The notes under the pieces were generated by a model. That model was given only the letters and a program-made list of their open reading frames with translations. It was not told the DNA's origin and made no database searches. DNA of 64,000 bases from Laetmonice hystrix (taxonomy: Eukaryota), in NCBI GenBank assembly GCA_965235115.1, contig OZ249436.1, forward strand, positions 17,176,001-17,240,000, given 5' to 3'. The position numbers were made by a program, and so were the translations under genes. The stretch's first letter is position 1, and every line of letters starts with the position of its first letter. Below, one piece after another: positions 12,340 through 25,271 of the stretch.

Positions 12340-12840
12340 CTGCACAGACTGACACTGTACACACAGGAGCATTAAGTCACACTAGAGAATATTGTTTGGT
12401 ACGGAGACACTGTACATACAGGGGCTTACGTCACACTGGAGGATATTGTGTTGTACGGAGACACTGTACACACAGGGGCATACGTTACACTGGTGAATAT
12501 TGTATGTACAGAGACACTCTACACACAGGGGCATACGTCACACTGGAGGATATTGTTTGGTACGGAGAGAATGTACACACAGGGGCATACGTCACACTGG
12601 AGGATATTGTGTTGTATGGAGAGACTGTACACACAGGGGCATACGTCACACTGGAGGATATTGTTTGTACGGAGAGACTGTACACACAGGGGCATACGTC
12701 ACACTGGAGGATATTGTGTTGTACGGAGAGACTGTACACACAGGGGCATACGTCACACTGGAGGATATTGTGTTGTACGGAGACATTGTACACTATAGAG
12801 GACAGTGTAAACAGGAGCATAAGACACACTAGAGGATACT
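12340..12840. repeat. Minisatellite, ~54-bp unit (gtacacacaggggcatacgtcacactggaggatattgtgttgtacggagagact)
   Basis: About 9 tandem copies; source of the overlapping ORFs at 12318-12923. Confidence 0.92.
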
Positions 12841-14252
12841 GGTTGTGCAGCACACAACACGGTGTATCATACGTCTATGTTAAAAACAAAATGAACCGGG
12901 ATAATTTAAGCACCTTTCTTTAATAGACAAAACAAAAAATATACAAAAGGAAAACTTAAAAATATGAAAGTAAAAAGAAAGGAGTAACAACGCCAGTTTA
13001 GCTTCAAAAGTGTTGGTAATAAATAAATCAAAATGTAATATAGAATATATACATAACGATTACTTCATCGTTATCAATACTATTATTATACACTGAGCTA
13101 AGTAATGTACATCGCCTACAAAAGAATTTGAACTTCTTCTCCTCCATACCTTGGAAATTCGTACCTTCTCTGGTAAAAGAAATGAATTTTTCCGATAATT
13201 TTTGCAGGGCTAATAACTTTATATGACAGGACCAAATGGTCACGTTCCATGCAGCTACAAATAAGAGAAAATTTGAATAAACACTGCAACAAAGACCTAA
13301 AAATCTTCAGAATGAAAAATCACAGACCACATTCGTTTTGCCTATCAAAACCGACAGCAGTTAACCAATAAATGCCGTTATGGAACGGGCGTAAGCCAGC
13401 AGATCAACTGTTATAACCGTGGTTGTTATGTCAGTGGTGAGACGTACTATCTAAAAGGTCATGCTAATTCAAAAATATCTATAAATCTTTATCATACTAA
13501 GAGATTATACCTAAATTGCATCTACTTCCGAAATTGAATCTTATGGACTCAGTGGAGAGTACTTGGCGTGTTAGCCTAAATTCATGTACTTTCTGAATTT
13601 ATAACGAGTGTGATGTCATTGGTATCTTCAAAAAATAATTCACTAGTTACAATTTGTACTGCCACATTGCTGTGGTTCCTAAACCGGTGCTCAGCGCCTA
13701 GACTGACTACTTTTGGGCCAATAGTCCATGGATTATCCCTGAAATCCCCTAGGTTAAAGCTTACAAGTGTTTGGGTCGCGGTGGCCCTGTGATTGGGTTG
13801 CGATGGGTCGGCGGGGAGAGCGGCCTCCCCTCCAGCACGTGTCTCCATTGGGGGGGGGGGGGGGGGTCCTTGCTCTACCGTGTCATGACGTCATCGGGTC
13901 TGGGAGCACCAGGGGGAGCCACCAGTGGTGAAGCACGTGGACATACAGCGCCACCTTGAAGTAGGTAAATCATGTGATGTGACGTCACAATGGGGTCAAG
14001 TGGGGTCACGCCAGGAACATTAGTTTGTACACTGGCTCTGGGCCCACGACAACCTGCCATGGTCACAGAGTCCTTGTCTGACATCTATTCCGTCAGAAAC
14101 TGTTTAGATCTTTGGTATCAATAGCTCGGCCGTCATGAAGGCCTCTCATCCTGTCTCATGTTGGGGGGGAGGGGGAACCTGTGCGGTCCTGTGATCATAG
14201 GTGGCCACTCATCACGTGTAATTCACGTGATTGGCGGCCTTCATCACAGGTG

Positions 14253-14747
14253 ACGTGATCGGTAGTCCTCAGCTACCTTGCAGCCCTCAGGCCCCCTGAG
14301 AGCAGCACGTGATCGGTAGTCCTCAGCTACCTTGCAGCCCTCAGGCCCCCTGAGAGCAGCACGTGATCGGTAGTCCTCAGCTACCTTGCAGCCCCCAGGC
14401 CCCCTGCGAGCAGCACGTGATCGGTAGTCCTCAGCTACCTTGCAGCCCTCAGGCCCCCTGCGAGCAGCACGTGATCGGTAGTCCTCAGCTACCTTGCAGC
14501 CCTCAGGCCCCCTGCGAGCAGCACGTGACCGGTAGTCCTCAGCTACCTTGCAGCCCCCAGGCCCCCTGAGAGCAGCACGTGATCAGTAGTCCTCAGCTAC
14601 CTTGCAGCCCCCAGGCCCCCTGAGAGCAGCACGTGATCGGTAGTCCTCAGCTACCTTGCAGCCCTCAGGCCCCCTGAGAGCAGCACGTGACCGGTAGTCC
14701 TCAGCCACCTTGCAGCCCCCAGGCCCCCTGCGAGCAGCACGTGATCA
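14253..14747. repeat. Minisatellite, 54-bp unit, in the presumed KIF19 3' UTR
   Basis: About 9 near-identical copies of cacgtgatcggtagtcctcagctaccttgcagccctcaggccccctgagagcag. Confidence 0.95.
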
Positions 14748-14793
14748 GTTGCCTTTGTTTCACGTCAGCAGTTGTCCGCAGTAGCGGCGGACT

Positions 14794-14912
14794 TCACTTC
14801 TGAAGTCCGAAACCAGCGATGGCGATGTCCGTTTTGCGGTAGCCGGCGGGTATGGTCGGAGCCTGTCTGTTGGTACGGGTAGTTTGTCCTTTCATCGAGT
14901 CACTGTGTGGTC
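14794..14912 (-). CDS. KIF19: KIF19 last coding exon (GPHSDSMKG...IAGFGLQK*)
   Basis: gttctag acceptor, phase 1, matches the preceding exon; TGA at 14794-14796. Confidence 0.75.
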
Positions 14913-17900
14913 CTAGAACATGAACAAACGACTCGTTTAGATTCAGGTGATATATGTCACAGAAATAGCCATGAAATCTGGTGGAGACAATGAGAAAAAC
15001 CAACAAATAATGAAAGAGGGAAACAAAGAACATAAAGTAAGAAAGAGAGGGAGGGAATTAAGGGGGAGCGAGGCAGGCAGGCAGGAAGGAATGAAAGAAG
15101 GCAGGAAGAAGGAATGAATGAAGAAAGGGAGTATCCGTTGGATACCGACCTCTGACTCTCTTCTGTAGTGTTAGCCCTCGTCCTTTCTCTGTGTTTGTTT
15201 GAAACACGGATGTTTGTGGATTCTTGGTCGACTCAAACTCTCGCACATTATAACTGCTGTCTGTAAACCAAACAAAGACATCGTTCGCAGGAACTCAAGA
15301 ATGATGACTTCAAGAAAGTTTGAACTACATTGTGCTACGATTGTGGAGAACAATGAATCTACACACACTTGAGTCTAAGCGTTGCAAGACGGGCAGACAC
15401 AAGAACAGACAGTTTGGGGTACGTTATTAGTTTTGGCGACCTGTAAAAACTCTCCCCAGGTTTTTATGCTGGTAGCAGGTCTGCCCCCCCCCCCCCCCAC
15501 CCCCACCCCACCCCATGGCAGCTATCCTGACCTGTATTGGTGTCGAGGGTTCGCCCTTTGCCAGCCTTGGTCTGACCCTGAGGGATCCGGCTCCGACGAC
15601 CATACTGGGTGGGGGCTACCTTCGGTTCGGCCGCCTTTCTGGAAGGCATTGTCCTGGACAGCTGGAATCAGAAACAACAGAATCAGAAACATATCTCTGC
15701 ATGACTCAACTTTTTGGAGCTTATCTCTGACTATCTGCTGGAGCAATTACACAGACTTCACAGGGTGTAAGTGGCTCAGACAGAGTTTGTGTAGACTCTA
15801 TGGTCTTTATGCGGCGAGCCAGACCGAACCTTCCCCAGTGCCAACAATGGACCAGGTCTACGATTTCTTTATTTCCACGCAACATTTAGATAAAACTAAG
15901 CCAGATATAATTATTTTTACATGAATGAAGCAATAAAATATTTCTGTAGTTCAGTTCACTCGATCTTTGAGCATACAGTATCTCAAACTTACCCCCTGTC
16001 ATCAGGACTTGAGTTTCAAAATTCCAAGACTTGATATTATAAAGATCGTCTGTTTTATTGTTCGACTATGTGACTGAAATCTGTCCCAGTATTACACATA
16101 ACTCCCTTCTCCTCAATGTTTGGATCGTCACAGTGGGGAACCGAACGCAACTCTCTGGTTTAATCAGGCTAATAGATAATTCAGAACCTTTCAACCGGGA
16201 CCCTCAAATAACTTCATGACCAGCTCCAACCCTTTCGATTGGGACCCTCAAACAACGTCTATAACTTGGATCGCCTGATACCAGTTTACCTAATTATTTA
16301 ATTATTTAACAGTTAACCAGTGTCTCATCACACCACATCAAATTATATGTCAAAATAAGACAAAAATCGATTCTGCAAAAATCAAACAAGACAGAATATA
16401 AAAATCAAACTTGGTTAGAAAAGTCAGTTTTATAATAAAAAAAAGGTAACCGCATGGCAATATCTGAATGCACAAAGGTCGACGGACAGATCTAAGTTTA
16501 GTACAGAGAACGAAATACGGAAGCAGATTCTGGAGAGCATGACGAGGGAGAATCAGCCAATTCTATTCGGGTATCATATTCTGTTTATCATATTTTGTGT
16601 CAAAAGATAAAAAAACACCACAAAAAATTATTAGAAAAAAATCTCACGTCAAAATCTGTCAGAATTAAGTTATTTACTAAGGATGCACTCAAGCAGAATT
16701 AATACTCCAACAAATAGTTCCACCCAGCAGTAGATGGTAATGCTGACACTGAAGCACTTATTATGAAGAGTCAATCAAATGAGCGACTAGATGGGAAGGA
16801 GAGCGAATGAACAATGGTCAAATACATGAACAATGCATGCACGAGTGTACCTGTCGAAAGAAGGATACTGGCGACCACTAGAAAAGGAAAGGGTAATTAA
16901 TGGGAAGTTAATTAATGGGAAGTCTGATAATAATTGAAAAACGTCAACCTAACTGACGTCAACTTATCTTGTTTTTATCACACACAGACGTGTAGAATTG
17001 GTAATTTATATACACATGTATGTACACCTGAAGCATATACATATAGAACCAAAGTTTACTGTCACTGATAACATTTACTGATGTCTGGATATATTCTATT
17101 TTGGTGGTTAAAGCCTTCATTTGAACCAAAAATATTTCTTTTCTGGTGAAGAACACTTACAGCTTGGTAACTGATCGGATCCTGTGACCGTGCACGTTTC
17201 TTGGTTCGACCCCCGGCTTGGTTCCTTGATGCTGCGACACGATTACGGCTCCGTCCAGGCACGTGACGTAGACTTGTGACGTCATCAGCAGTTCCCGTTG
17301 ACATCTGATCATCTACGGCTGTGTTGAGGGTGAGTGTTGAACCACCATATTTCTTGTCGTGCAGTGCCAGTCTGCTCATTGTCAGCGTTGTGTCATTGTT
17401 GCGCTTGTCCCTGCCTTGCAGCGATGCGAAAGATGAAAGGCGTTCATTGTTGTAGGCGTCAAGTTGCGCCTTGGTGCGTCGGGCAGCGGCCAGAGCGGCG
17501 ATGTTCCGGGTCTTGGAGACGATTTCCTCGCGGTTCTCTGGCTTTTTCTTGGCCAGGCCCCCGTTGACCTGGAGTTTGTTGTTGTCGAGTGGCGGGGAGG
17601 GTGAGTCCGACGTTGAATGTGAACTCAGGGTAATTATACTCCGTTGGCGACCCTGGGGATGCTGCACCACTGTCACTGAAGTCATTGATGTCACCGCCCC
17701 AACTCGTGCTTCAGCATCAATCTCACGAGCTTTGGAACTCCGCGAAAAGATCTTGTCTCTGAGTAGAAAAAGGGGAACAGATATCAGTATTGAACATTTA
17801 AATTCACATCAGTCTCTTCAACCTTAAAAATGTGGATTTCAGATCATTCTCTGCATAGGCCTACCCATTCAAACCACTGGATATGAACCCCTACACAGCT

Positions 17901-20900
17901 AGCCCACCTTTCTCCAGCAGAGATTATTCATATCAATTCACTAAAGGCTTATAGTTTTAAGGAATGCTTGCTTACTCTTCATTTTTCCTGATCTGTTTTC
18001 TGCTCCCTGGTGTCTGGAGACTGACAGGCATACCTCTGGCCTCCTCGTCTACCGCAGTCAGCTTCTCCATGTCAGACAAACTGTCCGACCCAAAACGTCG
18101 CTGGAGACTCGTCAACGAGCCCGCCTTAAACACACACAAAACAAAACTCCGAGGTCTGAATTACAAGGCCTCACTACTAAACGGTCCAATCATTTTATCT
18201 CTGAGGTCTCAATTACGAGGCCTCACTACTAAACGGTCCAATCATTTTAACTCTGAGGTCTCAATTACAAGGTCTCACTACTAAACGGTCTAATCTTTTT
18301 AACTCTGAGGTCTCAATTACAAGGTCTCACTGCTAAACGGTCCAATCATTTTAACTCTGAGGTCTCAATTACAAGGTCTCACTGCTAAACGGTCCAATCA
18401 TTTTAACTCTGAGGTCTCAATTACAAGACCTCACTACTATACTACTCTCAGGGCTTACTTTATTAGGGTAACCCCCCCCCCCCCCCAAGAAATTTGGTGG
18501 TAGGACCTAAAAATCTATCACAGTTCCTAGCCGAAACCACTCACGGTCCCCAGATCTCTCCCTAAACAAACCAGCAGTAACACTTCCCTTCAGCCTAACC
18601 CAGACCCTTAATTAACACCAAGTTCGAAGGAAGATCACAATGAGGGAACAACCTATAAATTTGATAAGACTATAATTTTGCTTGCAGGGCACCGAAAACA
18701 TGGCTCATGTCTGAGAATGGTCGTGACGTCTTAAAAAATGAGCGATAAAAGATGATAAACCTAACCCTAACACTCATTATCCCTCAGTGACGTCACGGCC
18801 ATTCCCCAAATTGTGCCGAAAACATGATCTCAGAAATGTTATCCGGGGTAGCAATGGCGGTTGTCACCAGAGGGCAGCAGTAAGAGTGGTCGCCATGCGG
18901 CAGCGGTGCCAGCGCTGCTGGCCGCCAGGTGACAGCAAGAGCAGGGTCCGCCACGTGGCGACAACTCTAGCGGCCGTCAGGTGCAGAAGCGGCACCGCCA
19001 GGTGGCAGCAGCAGTGTCAGCAGCTGCCGCCAGGGGGCTGACCTTGTTGGGGTTGAGAGTTTCATGTTGAGTAGTTGCCGCCGAGTCGGGCCGGTCGCCA
19101 ATCTCCTGCATGTAGAGCTCGTACAGCTCGTCCAGGTCCTTGGGGGTCATGACCTGATGGTCGTCCAGCAGGTGTCGCTGTTGGTGGATGATCTCGTCAC
19201 AGAGGTCGAGATGTTGGCGGTACTTGGCGATCACCATATCTTTGCGGCGGATCTCAAAGTTACGGAGGAGACAGGCTGACTGCATCTCCATGTTCTCGAT
19301 CTCTAGCTCGTGAACTTTCACCAGGAGGTTCAGGACCTCCTGCTGCTCACCACTGCCGATCTTGGTCGGCAGCAGCTGCAAACAAACAACAATAATTACC
19401 ACCAACGGTCGGCAGCAGCTGCAAACACACAACAATAATTACCACCAACGGTCGGCAGCAGCTGCAAACACACAACAATAATTACCACCAACGGTCGGCA
19501 GCAGCTGCAAACACACAACAGTAATTACCACCAACGGTCTGCAGCAGCTGCAAACACACAACAATAATTACCACCAACGGTTGGCAGCATCTGCAAACAC
19601 ACAACAATAATTACCACCAACGGTCGGCAGCAGCTGCAAACACACAACAAATTATTATTATTACCACCAACGGTAATCATGATAAACCATGCAGAGCGGC
19701 GGCATATTTTTGTTAGGGTTCGATCACTAAAAAGGGGAAACTCGAAAATTAATGAGAATAACCGACCGGATTACGACCAAAAACCCCAACAAGATACACA
19801 CAGTTAAGTTGTTTCTTTTTGGAGGGGGGAGGGGGGGGTAAGTATCGGGATAAACTATAGTTTATCCCGATATACTGGCCCTCAAGATGGGGGCTCTCCC
19901 CATGTTTTTATTACATTTTATGGGGTGCACCTATTTAGCTCCCCTGAATCCGCTACTGCCCGCCTCCACATCCCCCCTGTGAGAGGGGTCACTGACCTCC
20001 TCAATCTTGGCCGCCTTCTCACGGGCATTGTCGAGTTGTTTCTGGACGGCGGCTCGCTGGAGGTCCACTGTCTCCCTCTCCTCCTTGAGGCTGACAATTT
20101 CCTCCCGGGCTACTCGCACCTCCTCCGGCTCCTCCAGGCAGCATTCCTCCTGTCCTTTCTCCACCGTCTCTGTCCTCACGGTTTTCTGGGCTCCTGCTAA
20201 CTTCCCACCTGGAGTCGTAGACAACCACACACGATCACACCCACTCAAGATAAACACATTGGCGCCGGGAGAATTTCAGCATTGGTCACCTCTAGATCTG
20301 AGACCCCTCCAGAGAAGGAAACAAGGCATTCACAGCTACAGGGCCATTAACTAAATCCATAGTCCCAGCAAGGACCCCCCTCACAAATCGAACCAAAAGG
20401 GGCCTTCACCAAAACCATCAATCTTCATGTACTATATTCTACTGCATTATTGTATGCAATAATTTTATTGCTGGTTTCGCAAATTCTCTTTGTCTCACAG
20501 AAATTATAGGGCAGCAATCAATCCATCACAATGTACCATGCTGTCACGGATAGGGCGACTTGGACTTGAATACTGCATGCAATTTCATTGATGGTTCCTT
20601 TAATAAAAAAAATCTTCCTTCATCTCATGAAACATGACTGAGGCAACCTGAGAAACATACGTGACACTGTAGCTCCATTTTATAACATACCTGTGTCCTT
20701 GACCTCCTGACCCTCGGAACCACTCTCCTCCTCCTTATCCTCCGTGTCCTTGTCCTTCCGGCGCCGCTTGGCCAGCGTTCTTTCCTTCTCCCACTTCTGT
20801 ATAAGGAGCTGGTTACGGGCCGTCTCCAAGCGAATCTCCAAGGCTGTGTTATCCAACTCCATAATACTCCGTCTGTCAGAACAAAATACAGCTTTTACAG

Positions 20901-23900
20901 TCAACCCTTCCATGATACTCCGTCTGCCAGAACAAAATACAACTTTTACATTTACCCTCTTCATGATATTCCGTCTGCCAGAACGAAATACAACTTTTAC
21001 ATTTCGACTCTTTATGATATTCCGTCTGCTAGAACAAAATACAACTTTTACATTTACCCACTTCATGATACTCTGTCTACCAGCCACGCCATGACGCTCC
21101 GATAAACAACGTATTTTTCATTCACGAAACGCTCATTAACTAGTTATTTATGTTAACGCACAGGCTGCACAACATGCTCATCATAAAAATATAGTACATG
21201 TATATTGCAAACAAAAATAATTATTCGAACCGATATGGAAATTAACAAAACGTCTCTTTTTACAGACGGGAGTTAGTTCCCCCTCCCACAACTGGGCGAC
21301 CCCCCCCCCCCCCCCCCTCTGACGTCAACCCCATTAAATCCCAGTAGTTTTCCGACCCCCGCCAGGCGCTGTCCGCCCGCCGTTAACCCCATTAAATGCC
21401 GCTAGTTCCCCATGCCACCGCCACTGTTCCTCCGCCAACCCCATTAAATCCCAGTAGTTCTCTGACCCACCACCGAGTAGTCGCCGGAAGTAGTCAGAGT
21501 GCCCTCCGCCGTCAACCCCATTAAATCCCAGTAGTTCTCTGACCCGCCGCCAGGTGCTGTCCGCCCGCCGTTAACCCCATTAAATCCCGTTAGTTCTCCG
21601 CCCCGCCGCCAGGGGCGCTGTCCGCCCGCCGTAATCCCGTTCGTTCCCCGTCCCACCACCGAGTCAGGCTGACCTGAGTTCCATCTGGTCGCTGAAGATG
21701 TCCGTCAGTTGGTGTTTGAGTCGGTCCAGTCCCTCTTTGTCCTGGAAGTGAGAGACCTGCAGCACCTCGGCTACAACAGGTCAATATGTCACGTGTCACG
21801 TTACAGAGTTCCTGCTGGGGTCACACAATCAAACCCTGACCCGGAAGTACTAAACGGGGGAGCAGGAACAGATTCAGGTTTTTCAACTGCGGAGCGGGGG
21901 GGGGGGGGGCTGACCGTCTACGGTGGGGCATGCGCCTCCTGGACTAGGGGAGTCTGTGGACTTTTAGAAAACTTTTAGAAACTTTTTAGAAAACAAGTCA
22001 GCTCGGGGGGAGGGGCTGGAGGTCATCCCTCATTGAGGTCGACATAACCAGGAGTAAGACAGTTGGATATTTCAGGGTTAGTTTTGTGATGTCATGATCC
22101 CTCTCCAGTGACCGACTCTGAGACCTCCACTCCAGGACGGGAGATCTTGCACAGAATAGGCAGGGGCGGATCCAGGTTTACGCAAGGGGGGCGGGGGTTG
22201 TGGGTGCCAAGAGGGGGGTTGTGGGTGCCGGGGGTTAAGGGTACCAAGAGGGAGTTGTGAGTGCCCAGGGGCTTGGGTTGTTGTTTGAACCCTTGGTTTG
22301 AACCGTTCAAGCAGAAAAAAAGATAAATTACTTCGTGGGGGGGGGGGGGTGCAACCCCCGTAACCCCCCCCCCCCCCCGGTCCGCCACTGGGAGGGCGTG
22401 GGGGATGGGGGTCAAAATAAAATCAGAGCCTGACATAGTTTACTGGAAGAATTTTCTGGACAACTACATCTCAACCGACAGGACTGTCGGAAAATAAACT
22501 ATATATTAGAAGGAACTCGCTCACCAACTACTTTTGACATGAGGCTTTGCTGCCGAACATGATCGATGCTTATTTTATGACCTCATGTAAACCTAGGACA
22601 CTAACTGGCACGATGAAGAATTAAGCTGCTGATGAAAGAGTGCTTTAGAAAGATCTGAATATAATATGAGCTACTTCATCCAACACGTATGAGTTTTCCA
22701 TTGTTCTGTTTGAGAAATGTAGTTGTGTGACAATGGGTTTTGTTCCGGGAGTCGCTCAGAGAATGTCTGCCTGGGAATTATTCATCTTGGATTACCGCTG
22801 GGAGAAGTAAACATCAATATTTGATGAGTAGCGAGGTAGATCTCGTCCTCAGCACGATAATAGTTCACTCTAGCACGGCCGGTTTACAAAACCAGGCCAG
22901 TCGGAAAGCTATAATAATTGAGGCGAGGGGGGCTGGGGGGGGGGGGCTGCGAGGGGGGAACGTTCCATAGAGGCCCTCATGAAAAGGTAAAATAATCAAT
23001 GATGATCAGGTACTCGTGAGGATCAAGGAAATTAGCTGGCGCACGGAATAGATGGAAGTTCGTCAAAAATAAACCCGAAACATCTTTCACATTCTGTATG
23101 TTGAAACATAGCTAGCACGGTACTGTTCTCTTGAAGGTATCTAATCTTACTGATAAAACAAGCACGACAGAAAGGACAGGGATCGAAATTATCGGAAGCA
23201 ATGTAGCAATGTGCTTCTCTATAAGATCAGGAATTGCTTGCCTGAAGGCCGGGCGCTATACATTGTAAAACCTATTTTCGGAAGCAATTATTTGCATATT
23301 TGCTTCCGTAGGAAAATCCTTAATTTCGACCCCTGGGAAGGTCATCTTTAAACAAAATTAACTAAACATCCTTCACACTCAAGATATTCTAAACATAGTT
23401 AGTACGGTCATGATCGCTGAAAATATCATTCTCATTATAAAATACTTTAATACAGTCATAGGAATAATTTCCAACAATCACGCAAATAACAGTTCTCTCA
23501 CTGACTATCAAACTTTGTACAAGAACTCACTCTGAATGGCTTGTATGGAGGAGGCGTTTTTATGGGAGAGCGCCTGCTGATCGAGTTTGACCCGGAGTCG
23601 TTTCACCTCCTCTCTCAGTTCTGAGATGATGTTAGTATACTGGTGGATGTGGTAGGTGACATCCATCACGTTCTTACGGACCTGGAGTTACACGTAGTTA
23701 CAATATTAAATTGGGATGTGTCTCCTAACTTTATGTGTGCTAACAAGTTTTGTCTGAATATTAAACTTTGAAGAGGATCTACATCCCATATATCGATGAG
23801 CAAATTGTGTCCCCCGCCTCCCCCCCCAACCGCAGTAGGCCTACCGCCGAAGGGGGGGGGGGGGGGGGTCGAGGGCCTACTATAAGATCCCCAATGTTCT

Positions 23901-25240
23901 TATTTTTCTTTATATTTAACTGTCGTACCTTTGTCTTGATGTTTTTGGCCCTCTCTGCATACAGCAGTGTGTTTCGGGTTTCCTCAAAGTGAACGCTGGC
24001 CGGGCTCACGTGCGCAATCATGACTGTCTTACAGTTTCCACCCAGCGCGTCCTTCAGCAGTCTCGTCAGTTTACTGTCCCGGTAGTTCACATACTTCGCT
24101 CCGTTTTTATCACCTGTAATAAATACACAGTCAATCTCAATCACACACAGTCATAACTTGTAATAAATACACAGTCAATCTCAATCACACACAGTCATCA
24201 CTTGTAATAAATACACAGTCAATCTCAATCACACACAGTCATAACTTGTAATAAATACACAGTCAATCTCAATCACACACAGTCATCACTTGTAATAAAT
24301 ACACAGTCAATCTCAATCACACACAGTCATCACCTGTAATAAATACAGTCACTCTCAATCACACACAGTCATCACCTGTAATAAATACACAGTCAATCTC
24401 AATCACACACAGTCATCACCTGTAATAAATACACAGTCAATCTCAATCACACACAGTCATAACTTGTAATAAATACACAGTCAATCTCAATCACACACAG
24501 TCATCACTTGTAATAAATACACAGTCAATCTCAATCACACACAGTCAAATCACCTGTAATAAATACACAGTCAATCTCAATCACACACAGTCAAATCACC
24601 TGTAATAAATACACAGTCAATCTCAATCACACACAGTCATCACCTGTAATAAATACACAGCCAATCTCAATCACACACAGTCATCACTTGTAATAAATAC
24701 ACAGCCAATCTCAATCACACACGGTCATCACTTGTAATAAATACACAGCCAATCTCAATCACACACAGTCATCACTTGTAATAAATACACAGCCAATCTC
24801 AATCACACACAGTCATGACCTGTAATAAAGAACAGTCAATCTCAATCACACACTGACACAGTCATCACCTGTAATAAATACAGTCACTCTCAATCACACA
24901 CAGTCATCACCTGTAATAAATAACAGTAAATCTCAATCACACACACTGACACAGTCATCACCTGTAATAAATACAAAAAGTCTCATTTCGGAAGATGTGT
25001 GTAGGGGGGAGGGTCCATTATACTGTTCAAGCACACAGAACACTGTATACTGGGTTTGTACTGGGTGTGTTTTCCAACAACCCGACACACCATTCAGCAC
25101 AACCCAATGCTAATCAGGGATCGACGCTTTATTACGAGTCCCTCAGCGAGGTGCTAATAATTGAAGGCGAGCCTCCAAGACTTGTTTCCACCAAGACAAC
25201 CATTGTTTTTGTCTGGTCTGAGGGCGTGTGTTTGTGGTTT

Positions 25241-25271
<31 letters not shown>

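Noticed and set aside
12318..12923. 201-aa ORF and overlapping ORFs
   Set aside because: Translations of a 54-bp minisatellite, open in several frames; no domain.
14253..14747. CRISPR-like appearance of regular repeats (also 24110-24975, 51850-53950, 59415-61110)
   Set aside because: Head-to-tail units with no unique spacers, no cas genes, and a eukaryotic context.
15382..15924. 180-aa + strand ORF
   Set aside because: Antisense to KIF19 exon 16 and runs through a poly-C tract; no motif.
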